In this document: in pieces, positions 45,996-55,628 of the stretch
Numbering within the stretch: the stretch's first letter is position 1
How the letters are laid out: every line of letters starts with the position of its first letter
Assembly (NCBI GenBank): GCA_021159015.1
Contig: JAGGSQ010000010.1
Coordinates: 1 to 58,783, forward strand
Direction of reading: 5' to 3'
Origin: Candidatus Omnitrophota bacterium
GTDB taxonomy: Bacteria; Omnitrophota; Gorgyraeia; Duberdicusellales; Duberdicusellaceae
Length of the DNA stretch: 58,783 nucleotides
Notes under the pieces: generated by a model
Database searches by the model: none
What the model was told of the DNA's origin: nothing
The model's input: the letters and a program-made list of their open reading frames with translations, nothing else
Translations under genes and position numbers: made by a program

Positions 45996-47120
45996 ATGGA
46001 GAAAGATTTTGTTTCTTTAATTATCCCCGTAAGAAATGCTTCTCGTACTATAGATAAAACTTTTGCCTATATTTTGCGCCTGAAATATCTGGGTGAGAAT
46101 ATGGAAATAATCATTGCCGATGGTGGCTCAACCGATGAAACAGTAGAGATAGTAAAACGTTATCAGCAGGAGCATCCTTTTATAAAACTTATTGAGATTC
46201 CTCATTGTCCTTCTCCTGGCTTTGCCCGCACTAAAGCGCTGCAGGAGGCAAAGGGCGATTTTATATTCTTTACCGACGGAGACTGCGCTCCCGTAGAAGA
46301 TTGGATAGAGAGAATGTTAGAAGTATTCAGCCGTGATGAAAAGATAGGAGCGGTAGGGGGAGAAATCTATACCTTACGCGTAGAACCAGATAACTTAGTA
46401 GAGATATATTGCGAAGCATTTGGGTTTAATCGCGTGTCTTGGCGTTATGGCAATCTAGAGGAAGGATATTATCCTTCTTTTGTTACTAACAGCCCTACCG
46501 AGATTTGCGGTCACCGCGCCTATTTTTTTGTCACCGCTAATGTAGCCTACCGCCGCCAGGCAGTAGAAGACGCCCAAAGAAGTTTCTGGTCTTTGCCTAC
46601 AGGAGAAGATATAGATTTTTGTCTGCGGGTAAGGAAAAAAGGATGGAAGTTTTATTTTTTGCCGCAGGCTTTTGTCAAACATATGCACCGCGCCAATCTC
46701 AAATCACTCTTGCGGGTATGGCAAAGTTATGCTCAGGCTCATCCGCCCCTTCTGGCTGCGCATGCCGGGAAGGAAATGGAGATTATTTTCCAGTTTATCG
46801 AGCGTTGGCCACACCATCCGGAGTGGAAAATTCCCTTTCCTTGGCGGGGGTTTATTTATGTGGGCAATTTTCATCTTATGCACCTCTTTGCCTTCTTAAG
46901 TATTATAGGAATATTTGTTAGAGGATGGTTCTTAGGAGTGAGTGTTGTTTTGTTTCTAGTATTCCTCTGGCGTTTTTTTCGTTCAGCCTTCAATATTGAA
47001 CCTTACCGCAAATGGCCTGCTTTCTGCAAGATGAAATATTTAACTAATTTCTATTTCATAAAAGGAGGGCTTAAAGGCTCAGGTAAGTATAAGACTATTT
47101 GTATTGAGCCCAGTTTCTAA
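45996..47120 (+). CDS. GT2 glycosyltransferase with C-terminal membrane segments
   Basis: Contains LIIPVRNASRTI, IIIADGGSTDET, FFTDGDCAP and GEDIDFCLR. The alternative-frame ORFs inside it are ignored. Confidence 0.75.
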   Translation: MEKDFVSLIIPVRNASRTIDKTFAYILRLKYLGENMEIIIADGGSTDETVEIVKRYQQEHPFIKLIEIPHCPSPGFARTKALQEAKGDFIFFTDGDCAPVEDWIERMLEVFSRDEKIGAVGGEIYTLRVEPDNLVEIYCEAFGFNRVSWRYGNLEEGYYPSFVTNSPTEICGHRAYFFVTANVAYRRQAVEDAQRSFWSLPTGEDIDFCLRVRKKGWKFYFLPQAFVKHMHRANLKSLLRVWQSYAQAHPPLLAAHAGKEMEIIFQFIERWPHHPEWKIPFPWRGFIYVGNFHLMHLFAFLSIIGIFVRGWFLGVSVVLFLVFLWRFFRSAFNIEPYRKWPAFCKMKYLTNFYFIKGGLKGSGKYKTICIEPSF

Positions 47121-47142
47121 GTTAAACGATAAAGGAGGAGAA

Positions 47143-47499
47143 ATGAGTTTGTTTTATCTCAGTCTAGGGTTATTGGCAGGCGTATTGAGTGGCTTCTTAG
47201 GTATTGGCGGCGGCTCAATTTTAATTCCTGCCTTTGTTTTTCTTTTAGGTATGAGCCAGCACCAGGCCCAGGGTACAACTTTGGCTTTAATGGTGCCGCC
47301 TATTGGGCTTCTGGCTGCTTGGCGCTACTATATAGCAGGAGATGTAAAAATTAAAGTTGCCCTTTGGGTGTGTATAGGTTTTTTTCTGGGAGCTTTAGTA
47401 GGGGCAGAATTTGTACAAAAAATTCCCGACCTTCTTCTTAAAAGAATATTTGGCCTCTTACTCCTGTCCATTTCTCTGCGCATGATATGGGGAGGTTAA
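47143..47499 (+). CDS. Half-size TauE/SafE (TSUP) family membrane protein
   Basis: The ATG at 47143 follows an AGGAGG RBS. It contains LAGVLSGFLGIGGGSILIPAF and has 4 TM, about half the usual family length. Confidence 0.65.
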   Translation: MSLFYLSLGLLAGVLSGFLGIGGGSILIPAFVFLLGMSQHQAQGTTLALMVPPIGLLAAWRYYIAGDVKIKVALWVCIGFFLGALVGAEFVQKIPDLLLKRIFGLLLLSISLRMIWGG

Positions 47500-48402
47500 A
47501 TGCTAAGAGTAAAAATATCAAATCATAATTTTTCCAGCCCTCTCGTTTTGGCTGCGGGCACAGCCGGTTTTGGACAAGAGCTGAGGGGACTGGTTGATTT
47601 TAGAAAAGTAGGTGCCCTTACTACTAAAACTATAACTCTTAAACCTCGCTCCGGTAATCCGCCGCCGCGTATCTTTGAAGTAGACTGCGGCATAATTAAT
47701 TCTATCGGTTTGGAAAATAAAGGGCTGGCGTGGTTAGTGAAGAAGTTTTCTTCTCTGAAGAAAATTTCTACCCAGATAATAGTAAGTTTCTCTTCGGAAG
47801 ATGAAGCAGGATTCAGTATTATTGCTTCTGGCTTGGACAAGATTGAGGACCTAAAGTTTTTAGAAGTTAATCTTTCTTGTCCCAACGTGAGGAAAAAAGC
47901 TCTTTTTGCTCAGAGTCCTCGCCAGACCTACCGCATTATCAAAGATATAAGGCGTAAAACAGACAAATTTATTATTGCCAAACTCAGCCCCGAAGTAACT
48001 GATATTGTGGCTGTAGCCAGAAAAGCTCTTGCCGCAGGAGCTGATGCCTTGTCTTTAGTAAATACTTTTTTTGCCCTGCGCGTAGATATAAATACGCGCC
48101 GGCCGTTTCTGGGGCGTAATGCCAGCGGAGGGTTGTCAGGGCCGGCAATTAAGCCTTTGGCTCTTTATAGGACTTGGCAGATTTACAAGAGTTTGCGGGC
48201 GCCTTTGATCGCGGGAGGAGGCATAAGCAATTGGCAGGACGCCTTAGAATTTATTATTTGCGGTGCAACCCTGGTGAGCATAGGAACAGCTAATTTTTTA
48301 AACCCGCAGGCAGGAGAAAATATTTATGAAGGACTGAAGAATTTCTGTCGCAGAAACAAAATAGATAATATAAGAGAATTAAGGGGGAGTCTAAAGGTAT
48401 GA
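47500..48402 (+). CDS. pyrD: Dihydroorotate dehydrogenase catalytic subunit (class 1B)
   Basis: Contains SPLVLAAGTAGFG, EVNLSCPN, NTF, GGLSGPAIKP and GGGI. Confidence 0.9.
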   Translation: MLRVKISNHNFSSPLVLAAGTAGFGQELRGLVDFRKVGALTTKTITLKPRSGNPPPRIFEVDCGIINSIGLENKGLAWLVKKFSSLKKISTQIIVSFSSEDEAGFSIIASGLDKIEDLKFLEVNLSCPNVRKKALFAQSPRQTYRIIKDIRRKTDKFIIAKLSPEVTDIVAVARKALAAGADALSLVNTFFALRVDINTRRPFLGRNASGGLSGPAIKPLALYRTWQIYKSLRAPLIAGGGISNWQDALEFIICGATLVSIGTANFLNPQAGENIYEGLKNFCRRNKIDNIRELRGSLKV

Positions 48403-49061
48403 AACAGTGGAAAAGGCTTATCATAGCTTTAGATATGGAAAGTGAGTTGCGTTTAAATAAAACCGTGAGGCTTTTGGGGCGGAAAATAGATAAGTTTAAA
48501 ATAGGCTCAGTAGCTTTTACGCGTTGGGGCCCTAGAGTGGTAAAGAAAATTTGTCGTCAGGGGAAAGAGGTGTTTCTGGATTTGAAGTTTTATGATATTC
48601 CTCATACTATGATTAAAGCTTCTTTTGCCGCCGCTGATTTAGGCGTATGGTCTTTTACGGTACATTTAAGTGCGGGTAGAGAGGCTCTAGAGGCATTAAG
48701 AGAAGAGCTTGAGTCTTTTTGCCGCCGCCGGAAAATAAGGCGTCCCTTAATAATGGGGGTAAGTGAGCTAACCAGCAAAAAGGCTTCTTTAATGAGAGTC
48801 TTAAAGCTTGCGGAAGTAGGGTTCTTGAGTAAGATAGATGGTATAGTTTGTGCCGCGCCGGAAGCAAAAAAAATCAAAGAGCATTTTCCTGTTCTAAAAA
48901 TTGTTACGCCGGGCATTCGTACTAAAGTTAGCGACGACCAACAAAGAATTGCTACGGCCTCTTTTGCTTTTTCACAGGGAGCAGATTACATTGTGGTAGG
49001 AAGGCCGATAACAGAAAGCCCTAATATCCTCAAGGCCGCTACAGAGTTATTGAGCCGTTAG
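48399..49061 (+). CDS. pyrF: Orotidine 5'-phosphate decarboxylase
   Basis: Contains LIIALDM, FLDLKFYDIPHT and IVVGRPI. Confidence 0.9.
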   Translation: MKQWKRLIIALDMESELRLNKTVRLLGRKIDKFKIGSVAFTRWGPRVVKKICRQGKEVFLDLKFYDIPHTMIKASFAAADLGVWSFTVHLSAGREALEALREELESFCRRRKIRRPLIMGVSELTSKKASLMRVLKLAEVGFLSKIDGIVCAAPEAKKIKEHFPVLKIVTPGIRTKVSDDQQRIATASFAFSQGADYIVVGRPITESPNILKAATELLSR

Positions 49062-49068
49062 TTTATTA

Positions 49069-49096
49069 TTGACAAAAGAAAGACCAGAGTTAAAAT
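49069..49096 (+). promoter_or_regulatory. Promoter of the V-type ATPase operon
   Basis: TTGACA (49069-49074), a 16-nt spacer, then TAAAAT (49091-49096). An AAGGAGG RBS precedes the ATG at 49124. Confidence 0.5.
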
Positions 49097-49123
49097 CCTT
49101 ATTCTACCTAATAAGGAGGAAAG

Positions 49124-49732
49124 ATGGAAGAAAAGCTGGATAATCTTATTGCCAGGATTAAGGAAAGAGGCATTGAGGAGGGGAAGAGGAAGCGTGAGGA
49201 AATCATAGAACAGGCTAAAGCAGAAGCAAAGAAAATAGTCCTCGAGGCTCAGGCTGAGGCTCTGCGTTTGGAAAGTCAGGCCAAAAAGGAAGCAGCAGAA
49301 ATTCAGCAGCAGACAAAAGACGTTCTCATCCAGGCCAAACGAGATATTATGCTTCAGCTTAAACAGGAAATAAAAAATATTTGCTCTTCTTTACTGAAAA
49401 GAGAAATTTCTAGCGTCTGGAGAGATGATTTTTTAAAAGAGCTTATAATCCGGATTGTAGATAATTGGCTAAAGACCCAGGAGGAGAAAGGACTGGAGAT
49501 TGTCTTAAGCCAGAAGGCAGAAGCTCTGCGCGATTTTATTCTTAATAAGTTTCAGCGCCAAGCTAAAGGCGGTATGAAAGTAATTTTAAGCCCTCAATTA
49601 GAAAAAGGTTTTTATATAAAAGCAGAAGGAGAAGATTATTATTATGACTTTAGCGATGAATCTTTAGCAGAAATCCTGAGCGAATATCTTAGCCCGAAAA
49701 TAAACGAAATTATCTCAGCCAGCAATGGATAA
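49124..49732 (+). CDS. atpE: V-type ATP synthase subunit E
   Basis: A long N-terminal Glu/Lys/Ala helix and a globular C-terminus. It is the first gene of the operon. Confidence 0.8.
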   Translation: MEEKLDNLIARIKERGIEEGKRKREEIIEQAKAEAKKIVLEAQAEALRLESQAKKEAAEIQQQTKDVLIQAKRDIMLQLKQEIKNICSSLLKREISSVWRDDFLKELIIRIVDNWLKTQEEKGLEIVLSQKAEALRDFILNKFQRQAKGGMKVILSPQLEKGFYIKAEGEDYYYDFSDESLAEILSEYLSPKINEIISASNG

Positions 49733-50204
49733 ATATTATTATTTAAATGCCAGCCTTCCTTATCTTTCCTTTCCTCAGCCTCCGGTATTTAGAAGAGAGG
49801 AGTTATTAAGCTGTGCCGAGGAATGGCTGGGAAAGAAAGAGCAGAGTATTCTTCAAGAGAGCCGTTTTGACAACTTCCGCATTTTGCCGGGTGAGCCTTT
49901 AATTTTAAGACGTTGGAAGAAATTTGAATACCAGCTACGGAAGGAGCTATCTTTCTGGCGCCAGAAGGGACGCAAGAGTTCCGGGTCTGAGTTGACAGAG
50001 AGTCTGAAGGACAAAAATCCTCTGGAGTGCGAATACGAACTAATTAGCAGAAGGTGGGAGTTTTTAGATGAGTTAGAAGAGGGACATTTTTTTGATTTTG
50101 ATTATTTGGTAATTTACAGCCTCAAGCTTTCTCTTCTGGAATATTGGTTTAGTTTTAATAAAGAAAAGGGGCGGCTTAATTTTGAAGCATTGGTGGAGCT
50201 ATGA
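49725..50204 (+). CDS. DUF2764-like V-ATPase-associated protein (short)
   Basis: It begins MDKYYYLNASLPYLSF, resembling the YY(C/Y)L..(G/S)LP start I recall for DUF2764 proteins. Those proteins occupy the same slot between subunits E and A in Bacteroidetes and Chlamydiae. Confidence 0.5.
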   Translation: MDKYYYLNASLPYLSFPQPPVFRREELLSCAEEWLGKKEQSILQESRFDNFRILPGEPLILRRWKKFEYQLRKELSFWRQKGRKSSGSELTESLKDKNPLECEYELISRRWEFLDELEEGHFFDFDYLVIYSLKLSLLEYWFSFNKEKGRLNFEALVEL

Positions 50205-51937
50205 AAGATAAAGAAGGCATAATCTTAGGTATCAACGGCAATATGATTACGGTAGAATTTTCGGGCAGTGTTTCTCAGAACGAAGTGGGATATGTTATTT
50301 TGCCGCAAGAGAGGCTTATGTCGGAAGTAATCAGAATCCGGGGTCAGATTGCTTACATGCAGGTTTTTGAAGATACACGGGGCATAAAGGTAGGAGATAA
50401 GGTTGAATTTACTTCTCAGATGCTTGCTGTGGAGCTAGGGCCGGGGCTTTTGTCTAGAATTTATGACGGTCTGCAGAATCCTCTGGAGATAATCGCTTCT
50501 CAATACGGCTTTTTTCTTAAGAGAGGTGTGTCTCTCGGAGCACTGGATGAAGAAAAGAAATGGCATTTTACTCCGTTGGTTAAAGAAGGAGACAGAATAG
50601 GAGCAGGAGAGTATCTAGGCTGGGTAGCCGAGGGGATTTTCAAGCACTATATTATGCTCCCCTTTAATTTCGCCGGCCGCTATAAGGTTATAAAAATCGG
50701 GCCAGAGGCAGACTATAAAATAAAAGATACTGTAGCCGTGGTAGAAGATAAAAACAGCAAGGCTTATGAAGTTAAAATGGTATTTAGGTGGCCGGTAAAA
50801 ATTCCTGTTAAGGCTTATAAAGAACGACTGGCCCCTTCGGAACCTTTAGTGACGCGGGTACGGATTATTGATACTTTTTTCCCTGTGGCTAAAGGCGGTA
50901 CTTATTGTATCCCGGGTCCTTTTGGCGCGGGTAAAACCGTTTTGCAACAGATTACCAGCCGTTATGCCGAAGTGGATGTGGTGGTTATTGCTGCTTGCGG
51001 TGAGCGGGCCGGAGAAGTAGTGGAAACTTTGAGGGAATTTCCTAAAATTCCTGACCCCCGTACGGGTAAGACGCTTATGGAGAGAACAATTATTATCTGT
51101 AATACCAGCTCTATGCCGGTAGCTGCCAGAGAGGCTTCCGTTTATACCGCTGCTACTCTGGCTGAGTATTATCGTCAGATGGGGTTGGACGTTCTTTTAT
51201 TGGCTGATTCTACCTCCCGCTGGGCGCAGGCAATGCGGGAAGTATCAGGAAGACTGGAGGAGATACCGGGTGAGGAAGCTTATCCGGCTTATCTGGAGTC
51301 GCATATTGCCGAGTTCTACGAGCGGGCCGGGAGAGTAAGGTTACCTGGCGGGAATTTAGCCAGTCTCACTATCGGCGGCACGGTTTCGCCGGCAGGCGGC
51401 AATTTTGAAGAACCGGTAACACAGGCCACATTGAAAGTAGTGGGTGCTTTCCATGGCCTTTCGCGCGAGAGAGCTAATGCACGGCGTTTTCCCTCTATTG
51501 ACCCCTTGGAGAGCTGGAGTCGCTATGAGAGCTTTATTGCAGAAGATAAAAGACTTTTTGCTCATAACACATTAAAAGAAGGCAATTCTGTAGCCCAGAT
51601 GATGAAGGTAGTAGGAGAAGAGGGAACTTCTCTGGAAGATTTCGTAATGTATCTTAAGTCAGAATTTCTCGATAGTGTGTACTTGCAGCAGAATGCTTTT
51701 GACCCCGTTGATGCTCAGACGCCTCGTGACCGCCAGGAGTATGTCTTTGACAAGGTGTGGGAAGTGCTTAAGAAGAGATTCTCTTTTACTTCTAAAGACG
51801 AAGCCCGCATTTTTTTCTATTCCTTAAGACAGCTATTTATTGACTGGAACTACTTAGCCTGGCAGAGCGAGGAATTTAAGAAGCAGGAGAGTAAAATAGA
51901 CAAGTTTTTAAAGGAAGGGAATGAAAAAGATATATAA
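50201..51937 (+). CDS. atpA: V-type ATP synthase catalytic subunit A
   Basis: Walker A is [12 protein letters not shown]. It also has [17 protein letters not shown] and the non-homologous insert typical of A subunits. Confidence 0.95.
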   Translation: MKDKEGIILGINGNMITVEFSGSVSQNEVGYVILPQERLMSEVIRIRGQIAYMQVFEDTRGIKVGDKVEFTSQMLAVELGPGLLSRIYDGLQNPLEIIASQYGFFLKRGVSLGALDEEKKWHFTPLVKEGDRIGAGEYLGWVAEGIFKHYIMLPFNFAGRYKVIKIGPEADYKIKDTVAVVEDKNSKAYEVKMVFRWPVKIPVKAYKERLAPSEPLVTRVRIIDTFFPVAKGGTYCIPGPFGAGKTVLQQITSRYAEVDVVVIAACGERAGEVVETLREFPKIPDPRTGKTLMERTIIICNTSSMPVAAREASVYTAATLAEYYRQMGLDVLLLADSTSRWAQAMREVSGRLEEIPGEEAYPAYLESHIAEFYERAGRVRLPGGNLASLTIGGTVSPAGGNFEEPVTQATLKVVGAFHGLSRERANARRFPSIDPLESWSRYESFIAEDKRLFAHNTLKEGNSVAQMMKVVGEEGTSLEDFVMYLKSEFLDSVYLQQNAFDPVDAQTPRDRQEYVFDKVWEVLKKRFSFTSKDEARIFFYSLRQLFIDWNYLAWQSEEFKKQESKIDKFLKEGNEKDI

Positions 51938-53213
51938 CCGCATATTAAGTATTGTGGGCAATGTAATTACGGTAAGAGCTCAGGGAATAGCTTATGAAGA
52001 GCTAGCAGAGGTAAAAACTAAAAGAGGCCGCTCTCTGGCTCAAGTAATAAAGCTGGATAAAGACTTAGTTTCCTTACAGGTGTTTTTAGGGGCACGGGGA
52101 ATTTCTACCGCGGATGAGGTTAGGTTCTTAGGACGTTCTATGAAGGTGGTTTTTTCTCATAATATGCTAGGAAGAATATTTAATGGCTCCGGACTCCCCC
52201 TGGATAAAGGTCCGAGTATTGAGGGCAAGCTGATAGAAATTAAAGGTCCTTCGGTAAATCCGGCCAAGCGTATTATCCCCCGGCATATGATTAGGACTAA
52301 TATCCCTATGATAGATGTGTTTAATTCTCTTGTAGAATCACAGAAACTTCCTATATTCTCTGTTTCCGGCGAACCTTATAACGAGTTATTAGCCCGCATT
52401 GCTCTCCAGGCAGAGGTAGATATTATTATTTTGGGGGGTATCGGATTGAGATATGACCAGTACCTTTTCTTCCGCCGTGTTCTAGAAGAAGGCGGGGCTT
52501 TAAGCCGCTCGGTCCTGTTTATTCATACTGCTTCTGACCCTATCGTAGAAGGGATAATGGTGCCGGATTTGTCTTTGGCAGTAGCAGAGAGCTTTGCCTT
52601 GGAAGGCAGGCGTGTTTTAGTATTGCTTACGGATATGACTAATTTCTGCGATGCTTTAAAAGAGATAGCTATCACTATGGAACAAGTTCCTTCTAATCGT
52701 GGTTATCCCGGCGACCTTTATTCTCAGTTGGCGGCGCGTTATGAAAAAGCCGTAGATTTTGAAGGCGCCGGTTCTATAACTATTTTAGCCGTAACTACTA
52801 TGCCGGGAGATGATGTTACTCATCCTATTCCTGATAATACAGGCTACATTACAGAGGGTCAATTCTACCTAAGAGGGGGGAGAATTGAGCCCTTTGGCTC
52901 TTTGAGCCGTTTAAAACAGCTGGTTAATGACAAAACCCGCCCTGACCACCGGGCCATAATGGACGGCATGATTCAGCTTTATGCTAAATATAAAGAGACA
53001 GAAGAGAAAAGAGCTATGGGATTTAGAATGAGTAGGTGGGATGAGAAACTTATAAAATATGGTGAAATGTTTGAGAGAGAAATGATGGATTTAGCTGTTA
53101 ATATTCCCCTGGAGAAGGCTTTGGATAACGGCTGGCGTATACTGAAAAGCTGTTTCTTGCCGCAGGAGACAGGTTTGCGTAGCGAATTGATTGATAAATT
53201 CTGGCCGCAATAA
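51921..53213 (+). CDS. atpB: V-type ATP synthase subunit B
   Basis: Homologous to A but without a P-loop. It contains [14 protein letters not shown] and [11 protein letters not shown]. Confidence 0.93.
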   Translation: MKKIYNRILSIVGNVITVRAQGIAYEELAEVKTKRGRSLAQVIKLDKDLVSLQVFLGARGISTADEVRFLGRSMKVVFSHNMLGRIFNGSGLPLDKGPSIEGKLIEIKGPSVNPAKRIIPRHMIRTNIPMIDVFNSLVESQKLPIFSVSGEPYNELLARIALQAEVDIIILGGIGLRYDQYLFFRRVLEEGGALSRSVLFIHTASDPIVEGIMVPDLSLAVAESFALEGRRVLVLLTDMTNFCDALKEIAITMEQVPSNRGYPGDLYSQLAARYEKAVDFEGAGSITILAVTTMPGDDVTHPIPDNTGYITEGQFYLRGGRIEPFGSLSRLKQLVNDKTRPDHRAIMDGMIQLYAKYKETEEKRAMGFRMSRWDEKLIKYGEMFEREMMDLAVNIPLEKALDNGWRILKSCFLPQETGLRSELIDKFWPQ

Positions 53214-53214
53214 T

Positions 53215-53826
53215 ATGCCGGGAAAACTTAAACTTACCAAGAATCAGCTTAAGAAAGAGAAAGATGCGCTGAAAATGTTCCAGCGTTATCTTCCCATGCT
53301 TCAGCTTAAGAAACAACAATTGCAACTCGAGCTGGCAAGGATAAAAAAGCAAAGAGAGGAAAGAGAAGGAATAATTAAGCAAGCCAGAACAGAAGTAGAA
53401 GGGTGGATAGAAGTATTTGCTCAAAGTTCTCTTAAAGGTTGGCTAACGGTAAAAAAGATAAATACTACTGTAGGCAATGTTGCCGGCGTAGAAATTCCTG
53501 TTTTTCAGGAGGCAGAGATAGAGAAAAAACCCTATGACTTTATGCAGACTCCTTTGTGGGTGGATTTTGCCTTAGAAAAGATAGAGGCAATCTTAAGAGA
53601 GAAAGCAGCCTTAAGCGTATTAAAAAGGCAGGAGGAGCTGGTGGGAGAGGAATTACGCATAGCTACGCAAAGGGTTAATCTTTTTGAGAAAGTAATGATT
53701 CCTCGCACGCAAGAAAACATTCGGGTTATTAAAATATATCTGGGCGATATGCAGACCGCCGAAGTAGTGCGGGGTAAAATCGCTAAAGCCAAAGCTGCAG
53801 CAAGGAGGGAAGCGCTAAAAATATGA
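53215..53826 (+). CDS. atpD: V-type ATP synthase subunit D
   Basis: MPGKLKLTKNQLKKEKDALKMFQRYLPML is a coiled-coil central stalk. The ATG at 53215 lies just after the atpB stop. Confidence 0.9.
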   Translation: MPGKLKLTKNQLKKEKDALKMFQRYLPMLQLKKQQLQLELARIKKQREEREGIIKQARTEVEGWIEVFAQSSLKGWLTVKKINTTVGNVAGVEIPVFQEAEIEKKPYDFMQTPLWVDFALEKIEAILREKAALSVLKRQEELVGEELRIATQRVNLFEKVMIPRTQENIRVIKIYLGDMQTAEVVRGKIAKAKAAARREALKI

Positions 53827-55601
53827 TTGTGCCGATGAAAGAAGTAACGCTTTTGGTTTATGAAGACGAAAAAGAAGAAGCTCTTTCTGCCCTGCGGCAG
53901 TGGGGTCTTCTGCATATTAAAGAAAGAGAGATTCCTTCTGGTCCTGGATTATTAAGTTTAAAGGAAGAGCAGAAGATTGTAGAGGAAGCACTGGGGATTA
54001 TAAAAAGCCTCTCGCTTCCTTCCCGCAATGCGCCGAAGCGCAGGAAAGAAGAAAATCTCTCTCTTGTCGCTAGAAGAATCATTGATTTAGCTAAAGAGAA
54101 AGAAACTCTTTTGTCTCAGCAGAAGGCTATAGAGAAGGATGCGGCTTGGTATGAAGAGTGGGGGAAGGTTTCTTTGGCAGATGTAGATTATCTTAAGGGG
54201 AAGGGAATAGAAATAGTGCTTTTGCGCTGTAGGCGGAGAGATTTGCGGAGTTTAGAAGGTCTGGCCTATACCATATTGAAAAAGAAAGGTGGCACTTATT
54301 TGGTTGCTGTATTTAGCGAAGGTAGCTTTGGGGGAGTAGCCGGCTGCCAGAAAGAAGCGTGGCCGCAGAGGAGCCTGGAAGAGATTAGGAGAGAGAAACA
54401 TAATATTCTGCTACGTCTTGATGCTATCTCCTCAGAAATGAATTCAGAAGGGGAATTAAAACTTCAGCTGGAAACTTACCTCAAAGAACTTAAGCGGCAG
54501 GAGGAGTGGCAGAGAGCACGGGCAAATTTTAGTGCCAGGGACAAAATTGCTTTTATTCAAGGTTATATTCCTTACGACCAGCAAAAAAGTTTTTCGGTTC
54601 TAGCTCAAAGACACCGCTGGGGGGTGGTAATTTCTGAGCCAGAAGATTTCTCTGCCGTGCCCACTTTAGTTAGAAATCCCTGGTGGATAAGAATTATTGA
54701 GCCGGTGTTTAAATTTATGGGAACAGTTCCCGGCTATAAAGAGTTTGATATCAGTCTGGTTTTTCTTTTTTTCTTAAGTCTTTTTTTCGCTATGCTGGTA
54801 GGCGATGGTGGCTACGGTTTGGTCTTTCTTATGGCTAGTTTTTTGCTGCAGCGTAAAAGAAAGGCGCCCAGAGAGTTTTTTATGCTTATGTATGTATTTA
54901 GTATTGCTACTATTATCTGGGGGGCAATAAGCGGGACATGGTTTGGCTATGAAAAAATTGCTCAGCTTCCTTTCTTGCGTTGTCTGGTGGTAGATAAGTT
55001 AAACAGCTTTATCGCTGAGAACCAGAATTTCATTATGTATATAAGTTTTTTGATAGGAGCAATACACCTGAGTATAGCTCATCTTTGGCGGGCAGTACGT
55101 TTTTCCCCTTCCCGTCTCTCTTTAGGTGAGGTAGGCTGGGTAGGGATTATAATTTCTGTATTTTTTTTGGCTCAGAAACTGGTTCTGGGAAAAGCTCTTG
55201 CGCCTTTTGTAGCTTATCTTTTTAGTTTAAGCCTCTTACTTGTGGCGTTTTTTTCTCGAGCCGAGAAGAACTTAATGCGTTCTCTATTTTTAACTTTGCA
55301 GGACTTGCCTCTGAAGATAATTGGTTCTTTTTCCGATGTAGTATCTTACTTGAGGCTTTTTGCGGTAGGGTATGCCACAGTTGTTCTAGCCCAGAGTGTT
55401 AACGGCATGGCAGGGGATTTTGGTTTTGGTACTCCTGTAAGCAGTTTTATCTCAGCTTTAATCTTATTTTTTGGCCACGTCCTTAATATTTTACTAGGCA
55501 TAATGGCGGTTATTGTGCATGGCATAAGGCTTAATATGCTGGAGTTCTCTTCTCATTTGGGTATGCAATGGCAGGGCAGAGAATATCACCCTTTTAAATA
55601 G
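53823..55601 (+). CDS. atpI: V-type ATP synthase subunit I (a-subunit)
   Basis: 592 aa with a cytoplasmic N-terminal half and a polytopic C-terminal half containing SYLRLFAVGYA (conserved Arg). Confidence 0.9.
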   Translation: MIVPMKEVTLLVYEDEKEEALSALRQWGLLHIKEREIPSGPGLLSLKEEQKIVEEALGIIKSLSLPSRNAPKRRKEENLSLVARRIIDLAKEKETLLSQQKAIEKDAAWYEEWGKVSLADVDYLKGKGIEIVLLRCRRRDLRSLEGLAYTILKKKGGTYLVAVFSEGSFGGVAGCQKEAWPQRSLEEIRREKHNILLRLDAISSEMNSEGELKLQLETYLKELKRQEEWQRARANFSARDKIAFIQGYIPYDQQKSFSVLAQRHRWGVVISEPEDFSAVPTLVRNPWWIRIIEPVFKFMGTVPGYKEFDISLVFLFFLSLFFAMLVGDGGYGLVFLMASFLLQRKRKAPREFFMLMYVFSIATIIWGAISGTWFGYEKIAQLPFLRCLVVDKLNSFIAENQNFIMYISFLIGAIHLSIAHLWRAVRFSPSRLSLGEVGWVGIIISVFFLAQKLVLGKALAPFVAYLFSLSLLLVAFFSRAEKNLMRSLFLTLQDLPLKIIGSFSDVVSYLRLFAVGYATVVLAQSVNGMAGDFGFGTPVSSFISALILFFGHVLNILLGIMAVIVHGIRLNMLEFSSHLGMQWQGREYHPFK

Positions 55602-55628
55602 AAAGGGGTTAGAAAAAAGGAGGTTTTG

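Noticed and set aside
46619-46921. Two overlapping alternative-frame + strand ORFs (46619-46921 and 46672-46899) inside the GT2 gene. These could hint at a frameshift or an overprinted gene.
   Set aside because: The main frame (45996-47120) is continuous and keeps GT2 motifs followed by plausible TM helices. The alternative frames give Cys/Ser/Arg-rich sequence with no similarity to anything I recognise.
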